60,533 nucleotides of DNA from Minisyncoccota bacterium (GCA_041654015.1 JBAZEI010000001.1:1-60533), one strand, 5' to 3'. Counted from the first letter of the stretch, positions 25,131 to 36,090 are shown. A program made the numbers and translations. Notes: generated by a model from the sequence alone, not told the origin.

Positions 25131-26024
25131 ATGGATAAAGTAGTAATCGGAGACGATTTAGGAGAAAAATTGAGTCAAGAGCTTAATTTGCCATTTATTT
25201 CCTTTGAAGATAGGGTTTTTAATGATGGCGAAGTTCAACCTCGTTTAGTAAAAGAAGAAAAAACAAAAGAAGCCATTTTAATTATTCAGAAAAAGAGAAA
25301 AGAGAATATAAACAGCTATCTTGTAAAATATTTTTTATTATTGAGAAAAATAAGAGATTTTAGCCAAAAGACGATTGCTATTATGCCCTATTTGCCCTAT
25401 AGCCGGCAGGACTCTATTTTTCGCGAAGGAGAACCTCTTTCTTCTCTTTATTTGGCGGAATTAATAGAGAAAAATACGGATGTTTTCCTCACCTGCAATA
25501 TGCATGAACATAGAAAGAAAATCGGGGATTTATTTAAAATCCCGGCTTATAATGTTTTTCTTTTTGATAATATGGCAGAAAAATTTAAAGAATTTTCTCC
25601 TTCAAGGACGATTGTTATCGGTCCCGACGAAGAAGCCAATGCATTTATTGATAATTTTTGCAGGAATTTTCCGGCTTCCAAGTTGATTTTTGAAAAACAT
25701 AGGAACAGAGAGACAGGGGAGATTAGCTTTATTTACCCAGAAAACACGGAAAGCACTTTGAAGGGCAAGGATGTAATTATTGTTGATGATATTGTTTCTA
25801 CCGGTGAAACCATTTTAGAAGCAGCAAAAATAATAAAACAGTTTCAAGTAAAAACAATTAATTTCGCTTTTATCCATTCTATTTTTGGGGACGAGGTGAT
25901 TGATCGATTGGCAGTAATTAACCCCAAAAAAATTATATTTACCAATACTTTAGAAAGCGTTCACTATGCCGTTGATATTATTAAACCTTTAGCGAAATAC
26001 CTTTTGGAATATAATTTAATTTAA
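25131..26024 (+). CDS. prs: Ribose-phosphate pyrophosphokinase (PRPP synthetase) family
   Basis: DGEVQPRL, PYLPYSRQD, and PRPP loop VIIVDDIVSTGETI. Confidence 0.75.
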   Translation: MDKVVIGDDLGEKLSQELNLPFISFEDRVFNDGEVQPRLVKEEKTKEAILIIQKKRKENINSYLVKYFLLLRKIRDFSQKTIAIMPYLPYSRQDSIFREGEPLSSLYLAELIEKNTDVFLTCNMHEHRKKIGDLFKIPAYNVFLFDNMAEKFKEFSPSRTIVIGPDEEANAFIDNFCRNFPASKLIFEKHRNRETGEISFIYPENTESTLKGKDVIIVDDIVSTGETILEAAKIIKQFQVKTINFAFIHSIFGDEVIDRLAVINPKKIIFTNTLESVHYAVDIIKPLAKYLLEYNLI

Positions 26025-26056
26025 TAATTTATTCGTTCGTTAGTTAGGAGAGCCAG

Positions 26057-27658
26057 TTGGCGGATTCATTAATTTCTATAATTTCTATGAAAAAGAAAAA
26101 TACAAAGAAAAATAGCAAGAAAAATAATTCACGAAAAAATAATTCTAAAATAAATAGCACTTTTTTGTTGAAAGTAAAATATTTGGATATTCAAACCGGT
26201 TATCCCTGGATTGCGGTTATTCATGAGGAAGATGGCGAAACTTTTGGCATTAGGCCGGGTGACGAGGTGGGTTTAAAATGGAAAAACAAACAGACAGAAA
26301 TAGCGGTAGATATGACAAGAAGCATGGTTCATAAAGGTGAGGTGGGACTTTTCCGAGACATTACTAATAGATATAAAATTAAAGAGGGGGAATTGTTGGA
26401 ACTAAAGCTTGCCAGCCAGCCAGTATCTGTTAAAACAATCCATAAAAAATTAGACGGGGAAAAGATAACCTATAAGGAGATTCGTTCTTTGATCTCTGAT
26501 ATCGCTAAATTTAGAATCAGCGATTTAGAATTAGCTTTTTTTATTGCCTCGGCTTTTGACGAGAAAAATTTTTCCCGGAAGGAAATTTATTATTTGACCA
26601 AAGCAATCAGTGAAACCGGAGAAATGTTGAAATTTGGAGATTTAGTGGCAGATAAACATTCAATTGGCGGGATTCCGGGAAATCGGATTACACCGATAGT
26701 AATTCCCATTGTGGCTAGCTATGGCGTGATTATTCCTAAAACTTCTTCTCGGGCTATTACTTCCGCCGCTGGAACCGCTGATACAATGGAGGTTTTAACG
26801 CCGGTTGGATTTAGCGCAAAGGAGATAAAGACAATAGTCAAAAAGACAAATGGTTGTTTGATTTGGGGTGGCGCTTTAAGATTAGCGCCGGCAGATGATA
26901 GATTTGTTGAAATTACCCGTCGTTTAGGCAGGGAGCCTTATTCAAAGATGGTAGTTAGCATTATGTCTAAACAAGTGGCAACTGGCGTCAATCGTTTAGT
27001 AATTGATATGCCTGTCGGACCGACAGCCAAAATTCATAATGAAAAAGATGTTCGTTTTGTCAAAGATTTATTTTTTTATTTAGCTCGACGTTTTCAAATG
27101 AAAATAAAGATTATTACCACAAAAGCAATGGGCCCAATTGGCCGGGGCATTGGTCCTTCTTTAGAGGCGAGGGATGTAATGAGGGTATTACAACAAAAAG
27201 AAGGAAGGCCAAAAGATTTAGAAGAGAAAGCTGTTCTTTTCGCCGGCCAATTGTTAGAATTAGCAGGCAGAGCTAAAAAAAATAAAGGTCAAAAAATGGC
27301 CTTAGATTCTCTAAAATCAGGCAAAGCTTTAGAGAAAATGCGGGAGATTATAAAAGCCCAAGGAGGGGATTTTAATATTGATTCTGAAAAAATAAAAACA
27401 GGAAAAGCTTTTTGGAAATTAAAGTCGCCTGAAGAGGGTTTAATAAAAGCAATTCATAACAAGAATTTAAATAAAATTTGTAGATTATTAGGCGCTCCTT
27501 CAACCAAAGAAGCTGGTGTTTATCTGGATAAAACAGTTGGGGAAAAAGTAAAAAAGAAAGAAATTCTTTGCACTTTTTGTAGTAATAGCGAGCAAAGAAT
27601 ACTTTTAGCCAAACACGCTTTAGGGAAGTTAGAATTATATACGATAAAAAAATCATAA
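26057..27658 (+). CDS. AMP phosphorylase / thymidine phosphorylase family (archaeal-type long form)
   Basis: Glycosyltransferase family 3 core DKHSIGGIPGNR and SSRAITSAAGTADTMEV. An extra N-terminal domain (LKVKYLDIQTGYPWIAVIHEED) resembles AMP phosphorylases. Substrate cannot be decided from sequence alone. Confidence 0.7.
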   Translation: MADSLISIISMKKKNTKKNSKKNNSRKNNSKINSTFLLKVKYLDIQTGYPWIAVIHEEDGETFGIRPGDEVGLKWKNKQTEIAVDMTRSMVHKGEVGLFRDITNRYKIKEGELLELKLASQPVSVKTIHKKLDGEKITYKEIRSLISDIAKFRISDLELAFFIASAFDEKNFSRKEIYYLTKAISETGEMLKFGDLVADKHSIGGIPGNRITPIVIPIVASYGVIIPKTSSRAITSAAGTADTMEVLTPVGFSAKEIKTIVKKTNGCLIWGGALRLAPADDRFVEITRRLGREPYSKMVVSIMSKQVATGVNRLVIDMPVGPTAKIHNEKDVRFVKDLFFYLARRFQMKIKIITTKAMGPIGRGIGPSLEARDVMRVLQQKEGRPKDLEEKAVLFAGQLLELAGRAKKNKGQKMALDSLKSGKALEKMREIIKAQGGDFNIDSEKIKTGKAFWKLKSPEEGLIKAIHNKNLNKICRLLGAPSTKEAGVYLDKTVGEKVKKKEILCTFCSNSEQRILLAKHALGKLELYTIKKS

Positions 27659-27683
27659 TTAAATTAAATCAATCTAATATTTT

Positions 27684-28301
27684 ATGTTTTCAGTGCCATT
27701 GGTTTTTCAGATAATTATTCTTTTGTTTTCTATTATTATCCATGAAGTTTCTCATGGGTTAGCTGCTTTGCGTTTAGGCGATGATACGGCAGAAAAAATG
27801 GGGCGTTTGACTCTAAATCCTTTGAAACACTTAGACCCTATTGGTTCAGTTTTTTTGCCCTTGATGCTTATAATTATGCATTCAGGGTTTATTTTTGGTT
27901 GGGCTAAACCAGTACCTTATAATCCATTAAATCTTAAAATGCCGCGCCGTGATTCTGCTATATTAGCTTTTGCCGGGCCCTTGGCTAATTTTTCTTTAGC
28001 TTTAATTTTCGGCCTTGTTATTAGAATTATAGACACCACTTCAGTACTGGTGTCTTTAATGCCCTTTTTAATGTTTATTGTTTGGATCAATTTAATTTTA
28101 GCGGTTTTTAACTTAGTGCCAATTCCTCCCTTAGACGGATCAAAAATACTGTTTTATTTGTTTCCTTCCCGCGAGCTTGAAATAGCGCTTTCCCGTTATG
28201 GCATTATTCTTTTACTATTTTTTATTATATTTGCCGGCAATATTATCTTGCCTTTAGTGATGATATTATTCTCTTTATTTACTGGTATTCCTCTAATGTA
28301 A
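27684..28301 (+). CDS. Site-2 protease family (M50) membrane metalloprotease
   Basis: HEVSHG in TM1, NLVPIPPLDGSK, polytopic. Confidence 0.75.
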   Translation: MFSVPLVFQIIILLFSIIIHEVSHGLAALRLGDDTAEKMGRLTLNPLKHLDPIGSVFLPLMLIIMHSGFIFGWAKPVPYNPLNLKMPRRDSAILAFAGPLANFSLALIFGLVIRIIDTTSVLVSLMPFLMFIVWINLILAVFNLVPIPPLDGSKILFYLFPSRELEIALSRYGIILLLFFIIFAGNIILPLVMILFSLFTGIPLM

Positions 28302-28349
28302 TTGAGAGGTAATTGACATAAAGTGTCTTATTTGTTAATCTTTTTTATT

Positions 28350-28760
28350 ATGCCTACTTTGAATCAATTAATCAGAAAAGGGAGAAAGCCAATAACAAAG
28401 AAGAGCAAATCAGTTGCTCTATCTTTTTCTTTTGACGCTATTAAAAATAGACCGAGCTATCATTATTCTCCTTTGAAAAAGGGGGTTTGTTTAAAAGTTT
28501 TCACCACTACTCCTAAAAAGCCAAATTCAGCTTTAAGAAAGGTTGCCCGGGTTAAATTAAGCAATGGAATGGAGGTTACCGCTTATATTCCCGGCGAGGG
28601 GCATAATTTACAAGAGCATTCAATCGTTTTAGTCAGAGGAGGCAGAGTAAAAGATTTGCCCGGAGTTCGTTATCATGTAGTTCGTGGAAAATATGACACG
28701 CTTGGTGTTGAAGGAAGAAAACAACAGAGAAGCAAATATGGAACAAAGAAGCCAAAATAA
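28350..28760 (+). CDS. rpsL: 30S ribosomal protein S12
   Basis: [13 protein letters not shown].., [17 protein letters not shown]. Start set at ATG 28350 instead of the track start 28323. Confidence 0.92.
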   Translation: MPTLNQLIRKGRKPITKKSKSVALSFSFDAIKNRPSYHYSPLKKGVCLKVFTTTPKKPNSALRKVARVKLSNGMEVTAYIPGEGHNLQEHSIVLVRGGRVKDLPGVRYHVVRGKYDTLGVEGRKQQRSKYGTKKPK

Positions 28761-28789
28761 TATATCGTTATTAATTTATAGGTTTTATT

Positions 28790-29257
28790 ATGAGAAGAAA
28801 ACATAGACAAGAAAAACAATACGACGAAGATTTAATTTATAAAAGCGCTTTAGTAACACGTTTTATTCACTATTTAATGAAGGACGGTAAAAAATCCACT
28901 GCCCAAAGAATTTTTTATAAAACAATGGAAATTATAAAAAAACAAACGAAGCAGAATCCCTTAGAAATATTTAATTTAGCAATTAAAAATGTATCTCCAG
29001 ATCTTGAGGTTAAGACTCGAAGAATAGGCGGCGCCAATTATCAAGTGCCTCAAGCGGTGACTGAGTATCGAAAAATTACTTTAGCTTGTCGTTGGTTGAT
29101 TAATGCTTCCCAAGAAAAAAAAGGAAAATCAATAGCTGAAAAACTGGCTGAAGAATTAATTTTGGCTTCCAAAAATGAAGGAGCGGCGATTAAAAAGAAA
29201 TTGGATGTCCACCGAATAGCAGAGTCCAATCGGGCTTTTGCTCGTTTTAGTTTTTAA
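28790..29257 (+). CDS. rpsG: 30S ribosomal protein S7
   Basis: 155 aa uS7 (GKKSTAQRIFY.., RRIGGANYQVP). Position in the str operon. Confidence 0.92.
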   Translation: MRRKHRQEKQYDEDLIYKSALVTRFIHYLMKDGKKSTAQRIFYKTMEIIKKQTKQNPLEIFNLAIKNVSPDLEVKTRRIGGANYQVPQAVTEYRKITLACRWLINASQEKKGKSIAEKLAEELILASKNEGAAIKKKLDVHRIAESNRAFARFSF

Positions 29258-29315
29258 AGGGCTTTCTACAAATTTTGGAGCTATTGGGCGAACAAAATTT
29301 GTCCAGAAAACCTTT

Positions 29316-29414
29316 ACCCCGCTCTTTTGATTATTGTTCTAGAATTGAAACAAAATTTATAGATATCATATTTTATAGAAAAAGCACACTATAGAATTTA
29401 CAAAAGGGCGGGGT
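29316..29414. repeat. 99-nt inverted-repeat element (ACCCCGCTCTTTTG ... CAAAAGGGCGGGGT) with an AT-rich interior
   Basis: 14-nt arms at 29316..29329 and 29401..29414, inside the unusually long (278 nt) rpsG-fusA spacer. Confidence 0.7.
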
Positions 29415-29535
29415 GCTCAATGTTGTAGCCCCGCCATCAAAGACTACATTTAAAAGAGATGAAAATTTTTAAAAATTATTATTTACCCCGTTTTTCTATT
29501 ATTTTAAAATTATTGAAGGCGGGGACAACATTGGC

Positions 29536-31671
29536 ATGACTAAAATATATCCTAAAGAGAAGATAAGGGACATTGGTTTTATTGCTCATATTGATGCTGG
29601 GAAAACAACAACAACCGAGCGGGTTTTGTTTTATACAGGGATAACCCATAAGATTGGTTCAATAGACGAAGGAACAACTGTTATGGATTGGATGGAGCAG
29701 GAAAGAGAAAGAGGCGTAACTATTACTTCAGCGGCAACTACTTGTTTCTGGATTCCAACATACAGAGATAAAGACCCTAATTATGAACATCGAATCAATA
29801 TTATTGATACTCCGGGGCACATTGATTTTACAGCAGAGGTTCAAAGATCTTTAAGGGTTCTTGACGGAGCAGTTGTTATTTTTGACGGCGTTGCCGGCGT
29901 GGAATCACAGTCAGAAACAGTTTGGCGCCAAGCAGATAAATATAGAGTACCGCGAATATGTTTTATTAATAAAATGGATCGAATGGGAGTTGATTTTAAA
30001 AAAGCCTTTAGGTCTATTTATGAGAGGTTAACTCCTGATGCTTTGGCCGTTAATATCCCCATCGGCGCGGAAAGTAATTTTGAGGGAGTGGTTGATTTAA
30101 TTTTAATGAAAGCGATATATTTTGAAGGAACGCAGGGAGAAACAGTGATTATAAAAGAAATTCCTTCCGAATTAAAAAATCAAGCAGAAGAATATAGAAA
30201 AGTTTTTATTGAAAAAATAATAGAACAAGACGAAGAAACCTTGACTGAATATTTAGAAAAAGGCAAAGAGCCGAATGCAGAAAAAATAAGAGCGATTTTA
30301 AGGAAAGCAACAATTGAAGGGAAAATAATCCCGGTTTTTTGCGGAAGTTCTTTTAAAAACAAAGGGGTTCAACTTTTAATTGACGCGATTGTAGAGTATT
30401 TGCCTTCACCGGCAGATTTGCCTCCTGTTCAAGGTGTTCACCCGAAAACCGGAGAAGTTGTTACCCGCTCGCCCAGCGACGACGAGCCTTTTGCGGCCTT
30501 GGTATTCAAAGTGGCCAGCGATCCTTATGTCGGGACATTAAGTTTTTTCCGGGTTTATTCAGGTATTTTTAAAAAAGGCAATTATCTTTTAAATGCGAAT
30601 AAATCAAATCAAGAGAGGATTGGCAGATTATTACAGATGCATTCTAACCGACGTGAGGATTTAGAAGAGGTAAGGGCTGGTGATATTGCGGCGACAGTTG
30701 GCTTAAAAAACACCGGAACAGGAGATACCTTATGTGATCCTGATAATCCGGTGATTTTGGAGCAGATTGAATTTCCAGAGCCGGTTATCTCAATTAAAGT
30801 GGAGTCCCAAACAAAAGTTGACCAAGAAAAAATATCTTTGGTTTTAAAAAAATTATCAGAAGAGGACCCCACCTTTAAAGTAAAAACCGACCCAGAAACA
30901 TTAGAAACAATTATTTCAGGAATGGGGGAGTTTCATTTGGAGATTTTAGTGGATAGAATGAAAAGAGAATTTAATTTGAATGTTAAAACAGGCAAGCCCC
31001 AAGTGGCTTATAAAGAAACAATAAAGAAAATTGTTGAGAGCGAAGGAAAATATATTAGGCAATCCGGAGGTAGAGGCCAATATGGCCATGTTTGGCTGAG
31101 ATTAGAGCCCTTAGAAAGAGGCAAAGGGTTTGAATTCGTTGATGTTATTAAAGGAGGGGCAATTCCTAAGGAATATATTCCGGCGGTAGAAAAAGGGGTA
31201 AAAGAAGCTCTAGAAAAAGGAATTTTAGCCGGTTACCCAGTGTCTGATGTAAAAGTAACTCTTTATGACGGATCTTTCCATGAAGTAGACTCTTCAGATT
31301 TTGCTTTTAAGATTGCTGGTTCTATGGCGTTTCAAAGCGGCGCTAAAAGAGCTGATCCAGCGCTTTTGGAGCCGATAATGAAGTTGGAAGTGGTGATACC
31401 AGAAAAATATTTAGGCGATATAACAGGGGATTTGAGTTCTAAAAGAGGAAGTATAGAAAGCATAGACGACAGAGGAATGATGAAGGTTATTTCTGCCAAA
31501 GTGCCATTAGCGGAAATGTTTGGTTTTGCTACGAAGTTACGTTCTCTGACAGAAGGCCGGGGAGTCTTTACTATGGAATTTGACCATTATAAAGAAGTAC
31601 CTTACAATATCGCTCAGGAAATCATAGGTAAAACAGGCAAAGACGAGGAGGAAAACAATAAAAAAGAGTAG
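29536..31671 (+). CDS. fusA: Elongation factor G
   Basis: [24 protein letters not shown], and all five EF-G domains by length (711 aa). Confidence 0.95.
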   Translation: MTKIYPKEKIRDIGFIAHIDAGKTTTTERVLFYTGITHKIGSIDEGTTVMDWMEQERERGVTITSAATTCFWIPTYRDKDPNYEHRINIIDTPGHIDFTAEVQRSLRVLDGAVVIFDGVAGVESQSETVWRQADKYRVPRICFINKMDRMGVDFKKAFRSIYERLTPDALAVNIPIGAESNFEGVVDLILMKAIYFEGTQGETVIIKEIPSELKNQAEEYRKVFIEKIIEQDEETLTEYLEKGKEPNAEKIRAILRKATIEGKIIPVFCGSSFKNKGVQLLIDAIVEYLPSPADLPPVQGVHPKTGEVVTRSPSDDEPFAALVFKVASDPYVGTLSFFRVYSGIFKKGNYLLNANKSNQERIGRLLQMHSNRREDLEEVRAGDIAATVGLKNTGTGDTLCDPDNPVILEQIEFPEPVISIKVESQTKVDQEKISLVLKKLSEEDPTFKVKTDPETLETIISGMGEFHLEILVDRMKREFNLNVKTGKPQVAYKETIKKIVESEGKYIRQSGGRGQYGHVWLRLEPLERGKGFEFVDVIKGGAIPKEYIPAVEKGVKEALEKGILAGYPVSDVKVTLYDGSFHEVDSSDFAFKIAGSMAFQSGAKRADPALLEPIMKLEVVIPEKYLGDITGDLSSKRGSIESIDDRGMMKVISAKVPLAEMFGFATKLRSLTEGRGVFTMEFDHYKEVPYNIAQEIIGKTGKDEEENNKKE

Positions 31672-31730
31672 TAAAGCAACATTTAATCATTTAACAATGA
31701 AGCAATACAACAATGTAATTTGGGGGTTGA

Positions 31731-31834
31731 CCCCCACACCAAACGTTTTTAGCATAAATTTCTATATAAATATAGATGAAACTTAGAAGTAATTGTTGGT
31801 CTACATATCTACAAAGTTCGTTATGGTGTGGGGG
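31731..31834. mobile_element. 104-nt non-coding TIR element (CCCCCACACC...GGTGTGGGGG), 4-bp TSD TTGA, inserted in the tuf promoter -35 box
   Basis: TTGA at 31727..31730 and 31835..31838. Subterminal CCAAACG / CGTTATGG and an internal AACTTAGAA are shared with the element at 57764..57895. Confidence 0.8.
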
Positions 31835-31863
31835 TTGACAATAAATTAATTATGCCTTAATAT
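31835..31863 (+). promoter_or_regulatory. Sigma-70-like promoter TTGACA-17 nt-TAATAT upstream of tuf
   Basis: ttgacaataaattaattatgccttaatat. Confidence 0.55.
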
Positions 31864-31963
31864 GGTAGATGCAAAGGTAATTTGCTAGTTAGCGGGAAAA
31901 AATAAAAATTCGTCCTATATATAGTCGAAGAGCAAAAAATTAATAAAAATTAAAATTAAAAAT

Positions 31964-33163
31964 ATGGCAGAAAAAGAAAAATTTGTTCGCAGTAAAGTTC
32001 ATATGAATGTGGGGACTATTGGTCATATTGACCACGGAAAGACCACTTTAACAGCCGCAATTTTGCATGCCCTTTATTTAAAAGGATTAACAAAGAAAGA
32101 GGGAAATGTTGATGAAATTGATAATGCTCCAGAAGAAAAAGCTCGGGGAATTACCATTAATGTTCATCACTCTGAATATGAAACTGAAAAAAGACATTAT
32201 GCCCATATTGATTGTCCGGGGCATATTGATTACATAAAAAATATGATTACTGGATCTGCTCAGATGGATGGTGCTATTTTAGTTGTTTCTGCTCCTGACG
32301 GACCAATGCCTCAAACATTTGAACATATTCTTTTAGCGAGGCAAGTTGGCGTTCCGGCGATGGTAGTTTTTCTGAATAAAGTTGATATGGTTCAAGATCA
32401 AGAACTCTTAGATTTAGTGGAAACAGAAATTAGAGAATTATTAACAAAACATGAATATGATGGAAAAAATGTGCCGATAATAAGAGGTTCTGCCTTAAAA
32501 GCCCTTGAAGCCAAATCAGCGGATGATCCGAATATTAAACCAATCTTTGATTTATTAGAGGCCATTGACTCATATTTTCCAGAGCCCGAAAGAGATATTG
32601 ACAAGCCGTTTTTAATGCCAATTGAAGATATTTTTTCTATAGAAGGAAGAGGCACTGTTGCCACGGGAAGAGTGGAAAGAGGAAAAATCAAATTAAATGA
32701 GGAAGTGGAAATTATTGGTTATCACCCAAGCATAAAAACTGTCGTTACCGGATTAGAGATGTTTAATAAATCGCTTGAAGAAAGTCAGGCAGGAGATAAT
32801 GTTGGAATTTTGTTAAGAGGTTTAAAAAAAGAAGAAATTAGGCGAGGCCAGGTAGTAGCTAAACCAGGGTCAATCACCCCTCATACTGGATTTGAGGCAG
32901 AGGTTTATATTTTAGCCAAAGAAGAAGGAGGCAGGCATACACCATTCTTTACAGGATATAAGCCCCAATTCTATATTCGGACAGCTGATGTTACCGGTGA
33001 AGTTACTTTGCCAGAAGGAGTGGAAATGGTAATGCCGGGAGATAATATCAAGTTTAAAGTAGAATTGATTGTTCCTGTCGCTTTGGACGAGGGCGCTCGA
33101 TTTGCTATTCGTGAAGGAGGAAAAACCGTAGGCGCTGGTGTCGTAACAAAGATAATTAAGTAA
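31964..33163 (+). CDS. tuf: Elongation factor Tu
   Basis: [25 protein letters not shown]. 399 aa. Confidence 0.97.
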   Translation: MAEKEKFVRSKVHMNVGTIGHIDHGKTTLTAAILHALYLKGLTKKEGNVDEIDNAPEEKARGITINVHHSEYETEKRHYAHIDCPGHIDYIKNMITGSAQMDGAILVVSAPDGPMPQTFEHILLARQVGVPAMVVFLNKVDMVQDQELLDLVETEIRELLTKHEYDGKNVPIIRGSALKALEAKSADDPNIKPIFDLLEAIDSYFPEPERDIDKPFLMPIEDIFSIEGRGTVATGRVERGKIKLNEEVEIIGYHPSIKTVVTGLEMFNKSLEESQAGDNVGILLRGLKKEEIRRGQVVAKPGSITPHTGFEAEVYILAKEEGGRHTPFFTGYKPQFYIRTADVTGEVTLPEGVEMVMPGDNIKFKVELIVPVALDEGARFAIREGGKTVGAGVVTKIIK

Positions 33164-33178
33164 TTATTATTTATTATT

Positions 33179-33505
33179 GTGCCAACTTCTAAAGCGGAAA
33201 CCCAACAGAAGATTAGAATAAAAATTAAGGGATATGATTATCGGATTCTTGACAATTCCTGTAAGCAAATAATTGAAACAGTAATGAGGTATGGAAGCGA
33301 AGTTAGAGGGCCGATACCTTTACCGACAGAGATTCATCGCTATACGGTGAATAAGGCTACTTTTGTTAAGAAGGACGCGCGAGAACAATTTGAAATTAGA
33401 ATTCACAAAAGATTAATAGAAATTCCTAATTCAAATCAAAAAACCATAGAAGCTCTTAGCAATTTAGATTTACCAGCGGGAATAGATATAGAAATAAAGA
33501 TGTAA
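33179..33505 (+). CDS. rpsJ: 30S ribosomal protein S10
   Basis: QKIRIKIKGYDYRILD... and GPIPLPT. GTG start. Confidence 0.9.
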   Translation: MPTSKAETQQKIRIKIKGYDYRILDNSCKQIIETVMRYGSEVRGPIPLPTEIHRYTVNKATFVKKDAREQFEIRIHKRLIEIPNSNQKTIEALSNLDLPAGIDIEIKM

Positions 33506-33542
33506 GCCCGGAATGTCTAGTTTGAGAATAAAATTTCATTAG

Positions 33543-33568
33543 AAAAACTGGGCTAATGCCCAGTTTTT
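33543..33568 (+). promoter_or_regulatory. Hairpin AAAAACUGGGC-UAAU-GCCCAGUUUUU between rpsJ and rplC (attenuator/terminator-like)
   Basis: Perfect 11-bp stem flanked by A and U runs. Function unknown. Confidence 0.45.
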
Positions 33569-33588
33569 CTATGAAGAGTTAAACTTTT

Positions 33589-34173
33589 ATGAAATTTATT
33601 TTAGCTAAAAAATTAGAAATGTCCCAGATTTTTAATGAGAAGGGAGAAATTGTTCCAGTGACTATTTTAGAAGCGGGTCCGGTTAAAGTTACTCAATTAA
33701 AAATAAAAGATAAAGATGGTTATGAGGCGATTCAAGTGGGCTTTGGAAAGAAGAAAAATAAATTTCAGTGGCTTCAGGAATTTAATTTAGATAAAAAGAG
33801 AAAAAATGAAAAAGAAGAAATTACTTTGAAAATAGGAGATGAAATAAAGGTTGATATTTTTCAAGAGGGCGATGAAGTTTTGGTTATTGGAAAAAGCAAA
33901 GGAAAGGGTTTTCAAGGCGTTGTGAAGAGGCACGGATTTAAAGGCAGTTCAGCGACTCACGGAACAAAAGATCAATTAAGGGCGTCAGGTTCAATCGGCT
34001 ATACAGGAATCCAACGAGTAGTAAAAGGGAAAAAAATGGCAGGTAGAATGGGGCAAGAGCAGATAACTTTAAAAAGAGTTAAGGTAGTCAAAGTTATTCC
34101 TGAAAAGAATCTTCTTTACTTAAAAGGAGCCATTCCGGGCAGAAGAAATTCCTTGTTAAAAATTATAGGTTAA
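33589..34173 (+). CDS. rplC: 50S ribosomal protein L3
   Basis: uL3 N-terminus and the GKGFQGVVKRHGF block. S10 operon order. Confidence 0.92.
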   Translation: MKFILAKKLEMSQIFNEKGEIVPVTILEAGPVKVTQLKIKDKDGYEAIQVGFGKKKNKFQWLQEFNLDKKRKNEKEEITLKIGDEIKVDIFQEGDEVLVIGKSKGKGFQGVVKRHGFKGSSATHGTKDQLRASGSIGYTGIQRVVKGKKMAGRMGQEQITLKRVKVVKVIPEKNLLYLKGAIPGRRNSLLKIIG

Positions 34174-34188
34174 AAATTATAAGTTAAA

Positions 34189-34821
34189 ATGAAAGCGCCA
34201 ATTTACAATTTGGAAGGAAAATTGCAAAAAGATATAGAATTATCTTCGGAGATTTTTAATAAGGAATTTAACAATGATCTCGTTTATGAGGTGTCTAAGA
34301 ATTTATTGAGCATTCAGCGAAAGCCGTTAGCCTTTACTAAAGATCGAGGAGAAGTAAGGGGCGGGGGAAGAAAACCTTGGGTTCAAAAAGGAACTGGCAG
34401 GGCCCGCCACGGCTCTATTCGTTCTCCTCTTTGGAAAGGCGGTGGTGTAACTTTTGGGCCGAAAGCCAAAGATAAAAATTTAAAGAAAAAAATAAACAAA
34501 AAAGTAAGACAGGAAGCGATAGAGATGGTTTTATCCCAAAAATTGAAAGAAGGAGAATTAAAAATAATTGAAAACATCCAATTAGAAAAACCAAAGACAA
34601 GTTTAATGGATAATTTCTGTAAAAATGTTTTTGAGAAAAAGAAAAAAATTCCCAGTATTTTATTCGTTGTTGCTTCAAAGGAGAAAGAATTATTTAAATC
34701 CGCTAAAAACCTTCCTTATCTTAAAGTTATTAATTCGGAAAATATTAATTTAATAGACCTTTTAAATTATAAATATGTGTTGTTTTCAGAAAAAGCGCTC
34801 TCTTTATTGGAAAAAGATTAA
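34189..34821 (+). CDS. rplD: 50S ribosomal protein L4
   Basis: RGGGRKPWVQKGTGRARHGSIRSPLWKGGGVTFGP. Confidence 0.92.
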   Translation: MKAPIYNLEGKLQKDIELSSEIFNKEFNNDLVYEVSKNLLSIQRKPLAFTKDRGEVRGGGRKPWVQKGTGRARHGSIRSPLWKGGGVTFGPKAKDKNLKKKINKKVRQEAIEMVLSQKLKEGELKIIENIQLEKPKTSLMDNFCKNVFEKKKKIPSILFVVASKEKELFKSAKNLPYLKVINSENINLIDLLNYKYVLFSEKALSLLEKD

Positions 34822-34834
34822 AATATAATTTTTT

Positions 34835-35260
34835 ATGAGTATTTTAAATATTTTCAAAACAAAACAGAAAAAAGAACGGTTGATTAAGCCCAAAAAAGAA
34901 AAAAAACAAGCGGAAAATTCAGCCGTTGTCCAAGCAGAACAAGCAGAAAGCGCTCCCTCGCTTCCTCTAAAAGGATCTCTAAAGGAACAAGGTTTTTTAA
35001 TAAAGCCTTACTTTAGCGAAAAGTTTAGTTTATTGGGAGAAAAAAATAATAAATATATTTTTGAAGTTCATCAAAGAGCTACAAAAAATGAAATAAAAAA
35101 ACTTTTAGAAGATATTTATAATGTAAAAATATTAAAAATAAATGTTTTAAGCGGGTCTCAAAAAACAAAAAGATGGAAAAATAAAAGAAGCTCTGCCAAA
35201 GAGAATAAAAAAATGATAGTTACTTTAAAAGAAGGGCAAAAAATAGAATTAGGAATATGA
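34835..35260 (+). CDS. rplW: 50S ribosomal protein L23 with ~50-aa basic N-terminal extension
   Basis: The uL23 core (KYIFEVHQRATKNEIKKLLEDIYNVKILKINVL) occupies the C-terminal two thirds. Confidence 0.85.
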   Translation: MSILNIFKTKQKKERLIKPKKEKKQAENSAVVQAEQAESAPSLPLKGSLKEQGFLIKPYFSEKFSLLGEKNNKYIFEVHQRATKNEIKKLLEDIYNVKILKINVLSGSQKTKRWKNKRSSAKENKKMIVTLKEGQKIELGI

Positions 35261-36090
35261 TTAAAATATATAAACCAACAACACCGGCAAGACGTCATTA
35301 TACAGTAAGCGATTACTCGGTTTTAACAAAAGACAATCCTTTTAAAAAATTAACTACTTTAAAGAGGAGAAATTTAGGCAGATCTAAAGGAAGAATAACA
35401 GTCCGACATAAAGGCGGCGGCAATAAAAAACTTTATCGCAGTATTTTTTTTGGTGAAGAAAAGAAAGGCATTCCTGGTGTAGTGAGGACTATTGAATATG
35501 ATCCTAACCGCTCTTCATTTATTTCTTTAATAGCTTATAAAGATGGAGCCTGGGGCTACATCTTGGCTCCTCAAGGATTAAAAGTTGGCGAGATAATCAT
35601 TTGTGACGAGAAAACTCCTTTGAAAGAAGGCAATAGGATGATGCTTAAAAACATTCCAGTCGGTTCCTTTGTCCATAATATTGAGGTAAAAGCAGGCGCT
35701 GGAGGAAAATTAATAAAATCCGCTGGATCTTCTGCTCAGGTATTGGCTCAAGATGGCAAAGACACTCATTTGAAGATGCCTTCTTCTGAAGTCAGAATTA
35801 TTCCCAATATTTATTATGCATCAGTAGGCCAGCTTTCTAATGTTGAACATAAGATGGTATCTTTAGGTAAGGCTGGACGCTCTCGCTATATGGGAAGAAG
35901 GCCAAAAGTAAGGGGATCTGCGATGAATCCAGTTGACCATCCTTATGGAGGCGGAGAAGGAAGAACAAAAAGAGGCACTAGAAAGCCGAAGAGTATTTAT
36001 GGTAAAGTAACCGGAGGAAAGAAAACAAGAAAGAAAAAAAGATATTCAGATAAATTCATTATAACAAGACGAAAGAAGAAGCGTCGATAA
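35257..36090 (+). CDS. rplB: 50S ribosomal protein L2
   Basis: [12 protein letters not shown] and [15 protein letters not shown]. Confidence 0.95.
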   Translation: MIKIYKPTTPARRHYTVSDYSVLTKDNPFKKLTTLKRRNLGRSKGRITVRHKGGGNKKLYRSIFFGEEKKGIPGVVRTIEYDPNRSSFISLIAYKDGAWGYILAPQGLKVGEIIICDEKTPLKEGNRMMLKNIPVGSFVHNIEVKAGAGGKLIKSAGSSAQVLAQDGKDTHLKMPSSEVRIIPNIYYASVGQLSNVEHKMVSLGKAGRSRYMGRRPKVRGSAMNPVDHPYGGGEGRTKRGTRKPKSIYGKVTGGKKTRKKKRYSDKFIITRRKKKRR

